NCBI GenBank assembly: GCA_002633005.1
Contig: NMRA01000012.1
Location: forward strand, 824,564 to 888,563
Direction: 5' to 3'
Length of the DNA stretch: 64,000 nt
DNA from: Phoronis australis
Lineage: Eukaryota; Animalia; Phoronida
The notes below the pieces were generated by a model. The model worked only from the letters and a program-made list of their open reading frames with translations, was not told the DNA's origin and did not search any database. Positions 22,308 through 34,000 of the stretch are shown one piece after another. The translations under genes and the position numbers were made by a program. Within the stretch, counting starts at the first letter, position 1. The number at the start of each line of letters is the position of its first letter.

Positions 22308-24212
22308 ATGGTTTATAGATTTTACTTGGCAAATTATGCTGAGAACGACAGAGAAAATATAAACTCTGTTATGTGGAGATCCCCGTGCATTGTGTCTTTT
22401 GGCAAAAAAGACGCTTCTGCAAGCACGGTAGTAGAGGCCAAGTGGATAGAAGACGTATCTGACGCATCCAAAACTGCTGAGAAAGCAGAAATTGACATTG
22501 AATTAATGGAATCTGGTGTCAGATGTGTAGCAGACGTTGTCCGCAAACCAAAGAAACTCGCCGGGCAGGTCGCCGAGTGTAAAGTTGAGTGCGAAATGGG
22601 AAACTCGTCAAGTATCCACAAAGCAAACGATAAATGTAAAGAAACACTTCGGAGGAAGTGTGCTCCATTTCCCCAGAGAGAGACGAGAAGGGGAAGAAAA
22701 ATGTCTATGAAAAGACGTGTCTCCAAAACGTAGCGATCAAGCCGATTGGTCGTAACGCTGGAGGAAGAGAAGTAGTGAAATTGGATATCAGAAACAAAGC
22801 AGGCTACGTTGATGATGTTCTACAGGAAATTATCCAACTGCCACGCATCGCTGCATTCGCTGGTGATGTTAATAGTAAGCAGACAGTCCTCAAATCAGAA
22901 AGCAAACCCGTTCAAAGTGACTTCCTTGAAGACGTCAAATTCTCAGCTTTCAATGAGTCGACTGAGGAGTCTACAGTTTTGGAGGAGATGTGCCCCATTT
23001 CCACAGAAAGAGATCAGGTGGGGAAAGAATGTGTCCAAGGAAAGACGGGTCTGTCAAATGTAGACAAAAAGCAGATTGGTCGCCCAAATGGCGAAACAGC
23101 GGAGCAGCAGAGACAGCGGGAGTTACTGGCAAACCATATTCCAAATTTTACTTTTGTCGAAACAGACTCAACATCCGATGGTGAAGGCAGAATCAAAACA
23201 GAGTGCTAAAGCTATTCGTGCAAAAGACGACAGACCGTGCGATATCCTAGGGATGCCTTACAGCGCAATTTCTTCTCTTAACACAGATGCTTCAGAAAAC
23301 ATCCGCCATACCTCTGCATGTATGACTGATACTGGAGGGAGAGTAGTAGTCCCGATGTCTGAAATTAAAACCTTTGAATGTTACCACTTAGAAGACGCTA
23401 CTCTGTTTGAATTCACCGAGTCCACTGAATTGACAATTTACCCTGTGATCGGGAAGATGTTTACACAGGATACCCAAAGATCTGCAGCTGAGACTTTTTG
23501 CAGCAGCGTCGAAGATATACATCCAGAAGATGACAAAACGTACAGTCTCGCAAAGTTGCCTGAAGATGCCATTTCTTCTCTCACTGCAAATCTCTCGGAA
23601 AATACTTCCATCGATAATCGACTAGCTGACATTAAGCCTTCTGGTGTCACGTCGTGGCGTCACGATCCCATTTCGTATGCACCGTTGCATTTTCCAAAGA
23701 ATACTGAAATGTCTAGAAGTATTAAGGGTGAGATTGTAGTCACAGGTCGTCAAGCTAAGAACGAACCAGGGGTGGTTGAGAATGTTCATCTTGTGTTCGA
23801 CAGACCGTCTCCTGTTGCAAAGTTGCCTCAGTGTGATCTGTCGTTTGCTGCAGGAGATTATTCACTGGACACTGAATGCAAGATGAAAAGCAAAATAAGA
23901 TTGCAAAGTAGCAAAAATCCATTCACCATTGAGGACATTCGATCAGAAGACGTCAAGAAGTCTGGATTCGCGTATGTGCCTCTTGATGCCGTTTCTTCTG
24001 TTTCAGAGGACGGTGATTTTACGGATAAACCAAGTATTGTGAAGCGTGAGGGACTTTTCAAACGTTTGAAAACACGATTCAGACGAAAGAGTCATGTGGT
24101 CAAGGAATCTGCTCCCTGTTTGCAGGCGCAAAGTTTCGCTTCACGATGGCGGCATTTCATGTGTTGTAATGCCTGTGGAGATGAAAACAGCTATGTCACA
24201 TTCCACAACTGA
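22308..24212 (+). pseudogene. Intronless orphan ORF (~635 codons) with internal repeats, split by two compensating frameshifts
   Basis: Three overlapping ORFs (141, 183, 378 aa) share repeats across frames: EEVCSISPERDEKGK / EEMCPISTERDQVGK; LEDVKFSAFNESTE / LEDATLFEFTESTE; shifts near 22650 and 23205. Confidence 0.6.
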
Positions 24213-26864
24213 CGGACTTAATTTTACAAGCTCAGTTTTGGGGCGTTTTTTACACGTTTGGCATTCCTCATTCCTCCCTGATCCCGCCTTATGGCGTGAC
24301 TGTTTATTTTCACTCAGGGCCTGATGCCGTCTGGAGGCGTTATCTAAGAATGTATCTCACAGGCGGATCACGCCTTCAGGAGGGATAGAAGGCAGCAATT
24401 TATTGGTTTATGTTTAAATATATCTAGGGTATTCCCAGTTTTCTATCCAATGAGGATTGAGACACCATACTCTGTGTTAACTTCTTGTTTGTGAAGTTAA
24501 TGCCTATTGGCTGTTATTTCTGGAATTTAGAACCATTTCTTCACAAGCAAATTATCAATTCGTGGAAAAACCAGGAAGCGTGTTAACTTTGTAGTGATTT
24601 TTGTGGTAACTTTTGAAAGGTTATAAAGATATTCCTCCCTGAAGTATAGTATGTTTGTTTGATTTGAAGACTAGAATGAAGCTAATTGCCCTGAATTGTA
24701 GCCTAATTGGTGTTACATAACACTGCTGTCACCACTTAATCATCTGCTAGGGTGCTCCTGTTTACATGTATTTTATTTGAACTGACCAGAAACAATAACA
24801 ACATGTTCAATTACTAGGAACATTCTACTCTGTGACTAGCACTGTGCACACGCACTTGAAATTGCTGCCTTGATATTATAGGGACATCATCTCTGCTGCT
24901 CTCTCACAGTTCTTGAAGTTTTTATTATGGAGGATAGTGTGGATACTGATGACACTGGTCACATTTAGATATAGACTTCAGTGATTATGGATATGATAGT
25001 GTGGATACTGATGGAACTGAGTGGTCAGATTTAGATACAGATTTCAGTGATCTAGTTTATGATGAGGATATGCTACACAGAAAACTTTCTTGACATGTTT
25101 TCTGGAAATTTAAATGGATTATTTGTAAACAAACGTCTCTTTTTCTGGAAAACAAAAAGTAAAACTACTTGTTCAACCCTTTATCGATATTGAACTTGGA
25201 TAAATTTTATATCACCTTGAAGCTCATTTACTCAAGATGTATTGCTGAAAATTTGGTAAGTATATGTTTACTAATGACTGAGTGATGAGGTTTTAATTAT
25301 GTGCAGTGCTTGTGACCTAGTTCTGAGTGAAATACCCTCCGACTTCAAGGGGGTAGACATTCCACAGCTCAGCCAGGCCACTAAGCAATTTATTCCATAT
25401 GGTGCTCAGGGTCGAATGAGTTAACGCTTTTTATTATGAAATACGCTGCACCTCTGTGCATGTTTCGCAACAGTTAAGTCTCTGTTGTGTACATACATTG
25501 AATGTAAATGACGAAGGGCAAAATAAAATAAAGGTGGAGTTGTAAAGTTTGTTTCAATTTTGTCTAAAGCTGAAAGTTGGATAATTGCTTTCTCACTCAA
25601 AGTTCAATGAGATACTTATCTCTTACAGCCTATCTAGACTGATACCATAACCTAGGTTACTCAGTTCTCTAGGCACACGTCAGAGTGAAAAACGGCCCGA
25701 CAAGGCAGGTCCGTTTGCAAGGGCATGCAGAACGCAATCTCGTCGTGATAGAGCGTAGTACACAGCACGCTACACTAAGTCGGGACAGTTGTGATATTCT
25801 ATGACATCAAAATTCCGAAATTCTGACCAACACATTTTCACTAACGGCCCGGATTTAACTATCGATTTTACTTTTTGTCCACACAGTATGAGACTAGAAA
25901 AATCTATTCAAATCGTCGATAATAGCGTACTAAGTTTTATCCTCGAAGTACCTTATATTGCATCACTGCTACATGTATTTGCGTCATTGTCAACTTTTAC
26001 AAAATTGTATGCGGCACTTCATGCTAACGGAAGATAGCATTTTAACTCCTTGCGATCTCGTGCAACCGAAGTGCCCGACCGAGGCAAAGAGAACGTTGGA
26101 GCCAGTTTATTAGAGTTATCAGTTTATTTCAAGTCTTTTACCTTTGGATTATTTATGAGGTCTGAAACGCGAAAACATACAAAATTTTGCATTATTCAAA
26201 ATAGTTCATTCGAACACTGAAACAAAATGTGAGCCTGTTCACAAAGTAATTTTATAGCTTTTTCATAAAAATTTCTGTTGATGTCAAAGCATTTTTCTGT
26301 AGTTTAAACAAAAAACGACCTGTCAACTGCTCGGCACTTCGTCGATTTTTTTCGCACTTGAAACAAAGCACATCTCCTTATTTGGTATGGCAAGGCATGG
26401 ATAGTCGCACATTTTTTATATGGAATATGAGACCTTTGATATTCGATGTAAACAAAACAAAAGCGACTTCAAGCAGCAGCCAGTCCGATTGAGAGATATA
26501 AGTCCTAACTGTTAAAATTAGTTAAAAGGTATCGACAGTGTTTAAAGTTGCACTTGGAATTATTTTTAGGAAATCGCTGGCTTGTCAGTGGCTTGCTCCA
26601 TGCTGCGCTGTCGACATCAGATTCGGAGTGCCATCACACATGACAATTAGACCGGGATCCCAGAGCTTTTTGGGCATGAAATGGTAACCAATTTTCTTTG
26701 GTGCCACAGTGCTCTGTGGGTACCATGATGCTTGGAAATGGCCGTCTGGCAAGTTCGCTCTGGTGGGTTTGGTCAGGGGAGTCAAGAGAATTATCAACTT
26801 TTCTGGTAACCACTTAAAACTGCCGTCGATACCCGCTACGTCATCCATTGTATCAAAATTGGTC

Positions 26865-27525
26865 ACTGCCAGACAATTTCAGTGGTGGGGATATCCACCA
26901 GACGAACATATACAGGGTACAAAAATTGAGCTAGATCAATCCAAGAGGTAACCGCTTGAAACCAGTCACAAAATATTCACCGTAAGCCCAGGTATCACGA
27001 ATGAACACTGCCAGTCAAATCTAGTGGTAGGTTACCCCCGCCAGACACGCCCAAATACCAGAATTGAGCTAGATCAACCCATCAGTTAACCGTTTGAAAC
27101 CAACTGCACGATGTTCAGCATCACTGAACATCGTGAACAACGGCTAGATGACAGACAATTTCAATAGTGGGGCGCCCCTGCCAGACGATTATCAAAAAGG
27201 ATTAAAAATTGAGCTAGGTCAACCCAAGAGGTAACCGCCTAAAACCAGTTCCAAAATATTCACCGTATGCCCAGGTATCACGAATAAACACTGCCAGACA
27301 AATCTAGTGGTGGGTTAGCCCCGCCAGACACGCCCAAATACATGAATTGAGCTAGATCAACCCAAGAGGTAACCACATAAAACCAGTTTCAAAATATTCG
27401 CCATAAGCCCAGGTATTAAGAATAAATACAGTCAGACAAATCTAGTGGTGGGTTATCCCGCCAGACACGCCCAAGTACCTGAGTTGAGCTAGATCAACCC
27501 GCCAGGTAACCGCTTGAAACCATTT
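26865..27525. repeat. Tandem repeat, ~138-bp unit, about 5 copies
   Basis: TTGAGCTAGATCAA...GGTAACCGC recurs near 26926, 27064, 27209, 27347, 27484. Confidence 0.85.
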
Positions 27526-28269
27526 GCATAATGTAGAGCAACATCCTGCATGCAACAAAAGGTACTTTAAAGACATTTTTAGCGGTGGGGCAGTAGCGTG
27601 CAGAGGTTTGGTCGATGCAGGGGCTACTTTTTTAGACGCCCCTATCTCTCTACTCAAATGCATATATCCTATTCAGGTCCGCATAACGCTAACTTATCGT
27701 GAGAGACCGTCCGGAGTTGGTATATGGTGCAACTCAGGAGGGTCTGGGGTCAACAGAAAACCACAGTTCAACTGTGAGTCTACAGCTATGTGATAAACGA
27801 GAGTAGTAAGTTCTACTTGCTGCATCAGCTGCAGGTATGCTTATTTCATTTATGACACACAGCGTGTGAGTGGGCAAAGCACATTCAAAATAATGTGGAT
27901 AAATCAGTGGAGTTTAAACCCGGCCCTGAGGTCCCTGTCAAGTCCTCACGGCAATTCTACGTTATGCGTAGCCAGCATTGAGCGGGGGTGGTTCGAATTT
28001 CAAGAACGGTGGATCTTGGTATTTTGCAAACGTCGAATCTGTAGAGTTTTCGGTGATTCCTTTGACTCAGCTTAATTAGGGGGAAGGGAAATCTGTATAC
28101 ATGACGACGACTCGTGTTCATGAGGTGAGACGGAATTTGTAATACTAGATATGAGGATGCTGTGACGGTTGCTCGCAAAGAACGGGACATAAATTAGGAT
28201 GTAATGTGGTCCAAAAAGAGAACATTCTCGCATTATTTCCTGCCGAAGTTTCAAATCAGCCATGCTTAA

Positions 28270-29646
28270 AGGCGAAGGCAACCTTTTTCCATGTCATTTT
28301 GAGCTAAAATAAGGTTGGTTGGTTATCCTAGACATATTTTCCACTTAATTACAGCTTTTCGTAATTTTATTAATTACTCGACCGCTACTACGGAAGTGAC
28401 GTTTTAGGAGGCAAGCGATTCCCGCCACTTGGTTTTGCGTTGACTTTACCGTGCGAATCTGTTCTATTCTACTTTTGTTTTGTGCTGTTTTTCAACAATT
28501 GTCGCCACCACTTTCCATCGGCAAGTATTCTGCGGCAAGATAGGTTAGTAGAGAACTCAACTACGTTGGATTTAGGGATTGTTTNNNNNNNNNNNNNNNN
28601 NNNNNNNNNNNNNNNNNNNNNNNNNNNNNNNNNNNNNNNNNNNNNNNNNNNNNNNNNNNNNNNNNNNNNNNNNNNNNNNNNNNNNNNNNNNNNNNNNNNN
28701 NNNNNNNNNNNNNNNNNNNNNNNNNNNNNNNNNNNNNNNNNNNNNNNNNNNNNNNNNNNNNNNNNNNNNNNNNNNNNNNNNNNNNNNNNNNNNNNNNNNN
28801 NNNNNNNNNNNNNNNNNNNNNNNNNNNNNNNNNNNNNNNNNNNNNNNNNNNNNNNNNNNNNNNNNNNNNNNNNNNNNNNNNNNNNNNNNNNNNNNNNNNN
28901 NNNNNNNNNNNNNNNNNNNNNNNNNNNNNNNNNNNNNNNNNNNNNNNNNNNNNNNNNNNNNNNNNNNNNNNNNNNNNNNNNNNNNNNNNNNNNNNNNNNN
29001 NNNNNNNNNNNNNNNNNNNNNNNNNNNNNNNNNNNNNNNNNNNNNNNNNNNNNNNNNNNNNNNNNNNNNNNNNNNNNNNNNNNNNNNNNNNNNNNNNNNN
29101 NNNNNNNNNNNNNNNNNNNNNNNNNNNNNNNNNNNNNNNNNNNNNNNNNNNNNNNNNNNNNNNNNNNNNNNNNNNNNNNNNNNNNNNNNNNNNNNNNNNN
29201 NNNNNNNNNNNNNNNNNNNNNNNNNNNNNNNNNNNNNNNNNNNNNNNNNNNNNNNNNNNNNNNNNNNNNNNNNNNNNNNNNNNNNNNNNNNNNNNNNNNN
29301 NNNNNNNNNNNNNNNNNNNNNNNNNNNNNNNNNNNNNNNNNNNNNNNNNNNNNNNNNNNNNNNNNNNNNNNNNNNNNNNNNNTTGACTGACTAGTAAATG
29401 AAAGCAAACGACGACGGAACTTAACACAACCGAGGTAGAACAATGACTGACTCGGCAGCTCTCACAGTCAGACTATATGAAAAGAAATTGGCGCGAAATG
29501 CTTGCCTCCTAAAACGTCACTTCCGCAGTAGCGGACGAGTAATTAATAAAATTACGAAAAGCTGTAATTAAGTGGAAAATATGTCTAGGATAACCAACCA
29601 ACCTTATTTTAGCTCAAAATGACATGGAAAAAGGTTGCCTTCGCCT
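28270..29646 (-). mobile_element. Kolobok non-autonomous element, both ends intact, middle in N-gap
   Basis: TTAA|AGGCGAAGGCAACC...GGTTGCCTTCGCCT|TTAA; ~145-bp near-perfect TIRs; TTAA TSD. Confidence 0.9.
28585..29382. other. Assembly gap (798 N)
   Basis: Run of N. Confidence 1.
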
Positions 29647-30390
29647 TTAAATGAGTGATTACACCTCAGTCATTGCATACTCAGACGGAAATATCATGAT
29701 GAAGTCTAGTTGGCGAATGACTTAACAAAATTGTATGTCTGGTTGTATTTTAGCGTGTTACTTAGGTTGCTTACATAGCTGGAATTGGGAACATCCCACT
29801 ATTTCGAAAGTTTACAACTCGGAAGGTTCACTACTTCAACGATTCACCATTCCGAAGATTCACCGCCCCAAAAATATCTAAACTTTCAAACTCAGTTGTG
29901 ATTTTTAAACTTTTACATGCTAAAATAAACGATATTTCGGCTATTAGATGCACCTATACCGAAAACAATGCCTTGGCACTTTGTTTGGGTTTTATGTAGA
30001 CAGTGACCACCGTCTCCAGCTGGCCAGCACAACTAGAAACGGTGAGATTTCATGCGCATGCGAAATTGCTGCATGTCTTAAAATGGGTACGCACTTGCAT
30101 TTTAAAACGATATGAAGTAGGAATACTGATGAAATATCAGCCATGACACAATTCATCAAATCCATGTCAAGATCGAATCGCAGCGCGACGCACACGGCCC
30201 GCAGGTCGAATTTTAGAGGCTCCCCTGCCTGTCCCTGCCAGTGCTCACGAAGTCAGGGAGTCCCATTCAGTCTTCTTAAATTTGAAACCGCCGTTGGTTG
30301 CCGCAGCAGTGCCCCAGATGTTATCTCTGCTTGGGAATGAGTCGTGATCACACAACAAATTTTAATTAAAAGTAGTGAACTGTCTGAGTT

Positions 30391-30781
30391 CTGGGCCCAG
30401 TCAGCTCGACCTTTTTACTCGATTCTCGGAATAATGTTTGGCATTTTTTAATCTACTTTTGTGCGAATTCAAGATAAGTGTCCATTACTCAATGCTCGAA
30501 TACATAATGACTTACGTGGATGATTGATTAGTCCTAGTTTGTAGTTGACAAATCCAACATTAAAGCTAAATCTTTAACTCGCAATTTCGAGTTCAGTACT
30601 CGACGGACGTAGCACGCTTATGAGGGTTTTTAAGTGCAAACTTGGACTAGAAACTCATATGCATGAACTATAATTATTCGAGCACCATCTGATAACCACT
30701 TACTCTGAGTTCGCACAATGAAAGGAGCAGAGAAATTACCAAAATTAATTTCCAGTTCGTTTCGAGTATTTTCCCGAGCCT
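30391..30781 (-). mobile_element. Degenerate Harbinger-like MITE just upstream of SAC1
   Basis: Inverted homolog of 63487-63887 over ~390 bp. Confidence 0.7.
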
Positions 30782-31012
30782 CAAATCCCCTCAACTTGCC
30801 TTGTGCAGACTAACCGCAAAGTGCGTCTTTATCAAAATCTGTTTTATATGATGAAAAGCGGATTTATAGCCGATTTAAACTGTAGTAGGCCTACTATTGG
30901 TTCCATGTCGTTGTCGCGTTGTCATTTTTGGTGGTTGTGCCTTTGGATTTCCACCGCCGTACGAGTTGTGCCGGACGACTGAGAGGTGGCGCTTGGTTCG
31001 AGACAAACCAAC

Positions 31013-31038
31013 ATGGCGGTACACGAGCGCTTCCGCTT
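31013..31038 (+). CDS. SACM1L: SAC1 exon 1 (MAVHERFRL)
   Basis: aacATGGCG; donor GTAAGT. Confidence 0.85.
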
Positions 31039-34000
31039 GTAAGTTGTTGAAGTATTGAATTGGATTTAGAATAAAATTCAGTAATTTATTAGACATTGAA
31101 AGATTTGTGCCAAAAATTTCTGGGAAACAGTCGGGTCAATCAATCTCTTATGGATCTTCTGTAAACTGGAGAGTCTGTTTCCGCCTTTCATATTCGGAAA
31201 ATTGAGCTGGGCCAGGGAATAATGGACAAGCTGACCAGCCAATCAATCCCTCAAGGGGAGGAAAAGGCGGCATTCTGTTCTGCTGTCGAAGTTAAGCTTT
31301 AAATACCTAATGTGTGTAGAGTTACTCATGCGATAGCTGTTTGTGTTTTAAAATCCTTCTGACTCAGTGTACGCAAATGCAGTGCCAAATAGTCGTTGTC
31401 ATAGGGGTATCAATACAGACCAGCTGACCTAGAGCTAGACCACTGACTCTAGTTGAACTACAGAAGGTGAAGCTCCTATAGACACTTCATACGCCAGAAG
31501 CTTTTTGGCGAATTATGCCTAACACTTGTTAAAAAATTCAGTCACATTGTTATCACTATGTAATTATAGGTACCTTTTGCGTCAATGTCTTATTCCTTCC
31601 AACTCAAACAAATATTCGCGGTATCAAACTTTTTCTTTGAGCAGTCCTTTATTCAGTTCCCAAAACTGGAAACTGGCCATTTTTAACACTGGTATGTTGT
31701 CATATTGCCTGGCGTGCACTGTCAATTGGCCAGCTAGAGACGGTGGTCACTGTCTACAGCTGACCATGCATAGGTGATGGCATGGTAAAAGTCGAATAGA
31801 CAGGTCCATCTTAAAATGGTTACTGTGAATCAGTTTTCACTAATTAATGGTAATTTCTGCTATTCATTGGAATTCACTAGGTTCCCAGTAGCCATTTTGA
31901 AAAGGGACCCAATTAGTTGATTTTTACCTCATGGCATATCCTATTTTTAATCCATGCTGTATGCCTGAAACTTTTCTGCAAATTATGCTTAATCCTGGCT
32001 AAAGCTAACAAAATTATGTTCCTTTCAAGTGCCGATAGACACCTTTGGAAGCAGTTGGAATTTTTTGAATCCTCATTCCATACAGTGCAAACACGTACTC
32101 TTGTAATCAACACTTTTTGTGAAAGCACTTCACTCCATCCACACAGTCAGTGTGCGCAAAAGGGTTAATATATACTGGTAATGAGAGTATGAGAGCTCAG
32201 TCATCTGGGTGAGTATTACATGGTTTCTTGTAGCTTGCTGCCAGGATGAATTCCTGATTGAATGGATCGAATAGGGTGTTCTGCAGGTTATTTGTAGTTT
32301 AATTTTCTATTTTCAGGCATGTAACCCCTGAAAGATTCTTCATCGAGCCTATTGATCTGAACACGTCTTCAAGTAAAGCGGAGTCATTATCAATTGATAG
32401 GGTCACTCATGAATTGTCATTACAGAGTGAGTTAGGCATGAGTTGGAATTAGCTGTTTCTTGTTTGCATGTTGATGGTTTTGTAGCACCATGTTGGTGCT
32501 TCGAGTGAATGACACCTTATTCAGTTGAGGGTCTTCATTACTGAAACTGTGTTGCTGAAACAACATTTCTCCACTTAAATGGTTGTGTAAATGTAATTTG
32601 GTGCTGAGGCAATTTGTCAGTGGTATGAATAGCTTGAAATTGTGACTGGACCCAAAATTGCACTACAGCACTACCTTATTTCAAGGCTTGGAATTTTCTG
32701 CGGAAACTCGGATTTCCGCTTTTTCAAATGTTCTGTCCGCGGCGCATTTATAATATTTCCGCGTAAAAAAAATCGGATTTGATATAAAATTTCTGCGGCA
32801 AATTCCTTTCTTACCGCGGCATTGCCGACGACGTTCACCTCGAAAAGCGGAAGTTGCTCTTTATGTTTCGGAGGAACGTAAATTGTCAACATTGCCGGGG
32901 CATCTGGGATAGCGTGGTGGGATTTTCAATGGCACCTCGTGTGATTTGTAAACCGCGGTGACAAATACTACGGCTCAGCAGCCAAAAATGCGTGGGGGTG
33001 GGAGTGGACGGACGAGGCAAAAAGACGCAGACGCATGCTACTGATGGTGGTAACGTTTTTTTTTTAGTCCTGATATGTTTTGGGCTGTAAAAGTTTCTGC
33101 GTTTTTTGTCATTGGTCATTCCAAGCCCTGTTATTTATTTGATTTTGCAATTGACAAAATAAATAATTCAGCTTCTGCAACAATGAAAGTTTGCACTTCT
33201 TTGTAAAAAACACTATGTCATTTATTCAATAATTTGATACTGTGTGTCTACAAAAAAATTTGGAGCCAAAGTATACTGAACTGTTGCTTTCACTTCACCT
33301 TTTTAGATAACACCATTATTACCACTGATGCTTATACCAGAGACATCTATGGGATTGTTGGAATAATAAGACTGATTGCTGGTAAGTCAAGTATTGCTCG
33401 TAACATTTCATGATCTATGAAGCAATAATTTGTTGAAATTTTATCAGGACTGAAACCTTGTCAATAGAATATCATCATAGTATGTTGTTTTGAGAAATCA
33501 GTCATTTGAAGCCCAGTATTCAACCATCCATTTAACTCACTGCCAGCAAACTCTTTTGATAGCACAGTCCCGAGGGACCTAGTAGAAGGGTGAAGTCAAA
33601 GACTTGAGTCCTGTTTCTTGTGCAAAATTACCCTTTAATCAGTGCTCATAGTTTAATGAACATTATTTAACATGTCTCATTCAGTTACTGAGTGTTGCCA
33701 AACATTCCGGTAGAGACTGATTATGTTAGGCCTGCATACTTCTGTGCTTGTTTTGATTCAAATTGTGTGTGTCCTTGAAATGAATGTCATCGATATTTCA
33801 TAGGTCCCTACTTAGTAGTCATCACCCAGAGAACTAAAATCGGTGAAATTAACGGTGAGACTATCTGGAAGGTTACTGCTACAGAACTTATCTCCTACCA
33901 AAGAACTGAGCTCCACCTTAATGAAGCACAGGTACGGTGCTTTCACTCAGATTGCATGCAAGACCAAAGGAAGCAAAGTTGGTTCTGGTGTTTTTTCAAT

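Noticed and set aside
22334-24061. Minus-strand Ser-rich ORFs
   Set aside because: Antisense of the acidic plus-strand orphan ORF.
24920-25424. piggyBac-like relic (acidic DSVDTD repeat; ...GAATGAG|TTAA end; similar end at 32150-32168)
   Set aside because: Only one terminus found in each case; cannot support boundaries.
11600-27525. CRISPR-like look of the 330-bp and 138-bp arrays
   Set aside because: Eukaryotic context, inter-repeat sequences are themselves repeated rather than unique spacers, no cas genes.
28440-29443. Long ORFs of 271-324 aa (also 62076-62498)
   Set aside because: Artefacts of N runs.
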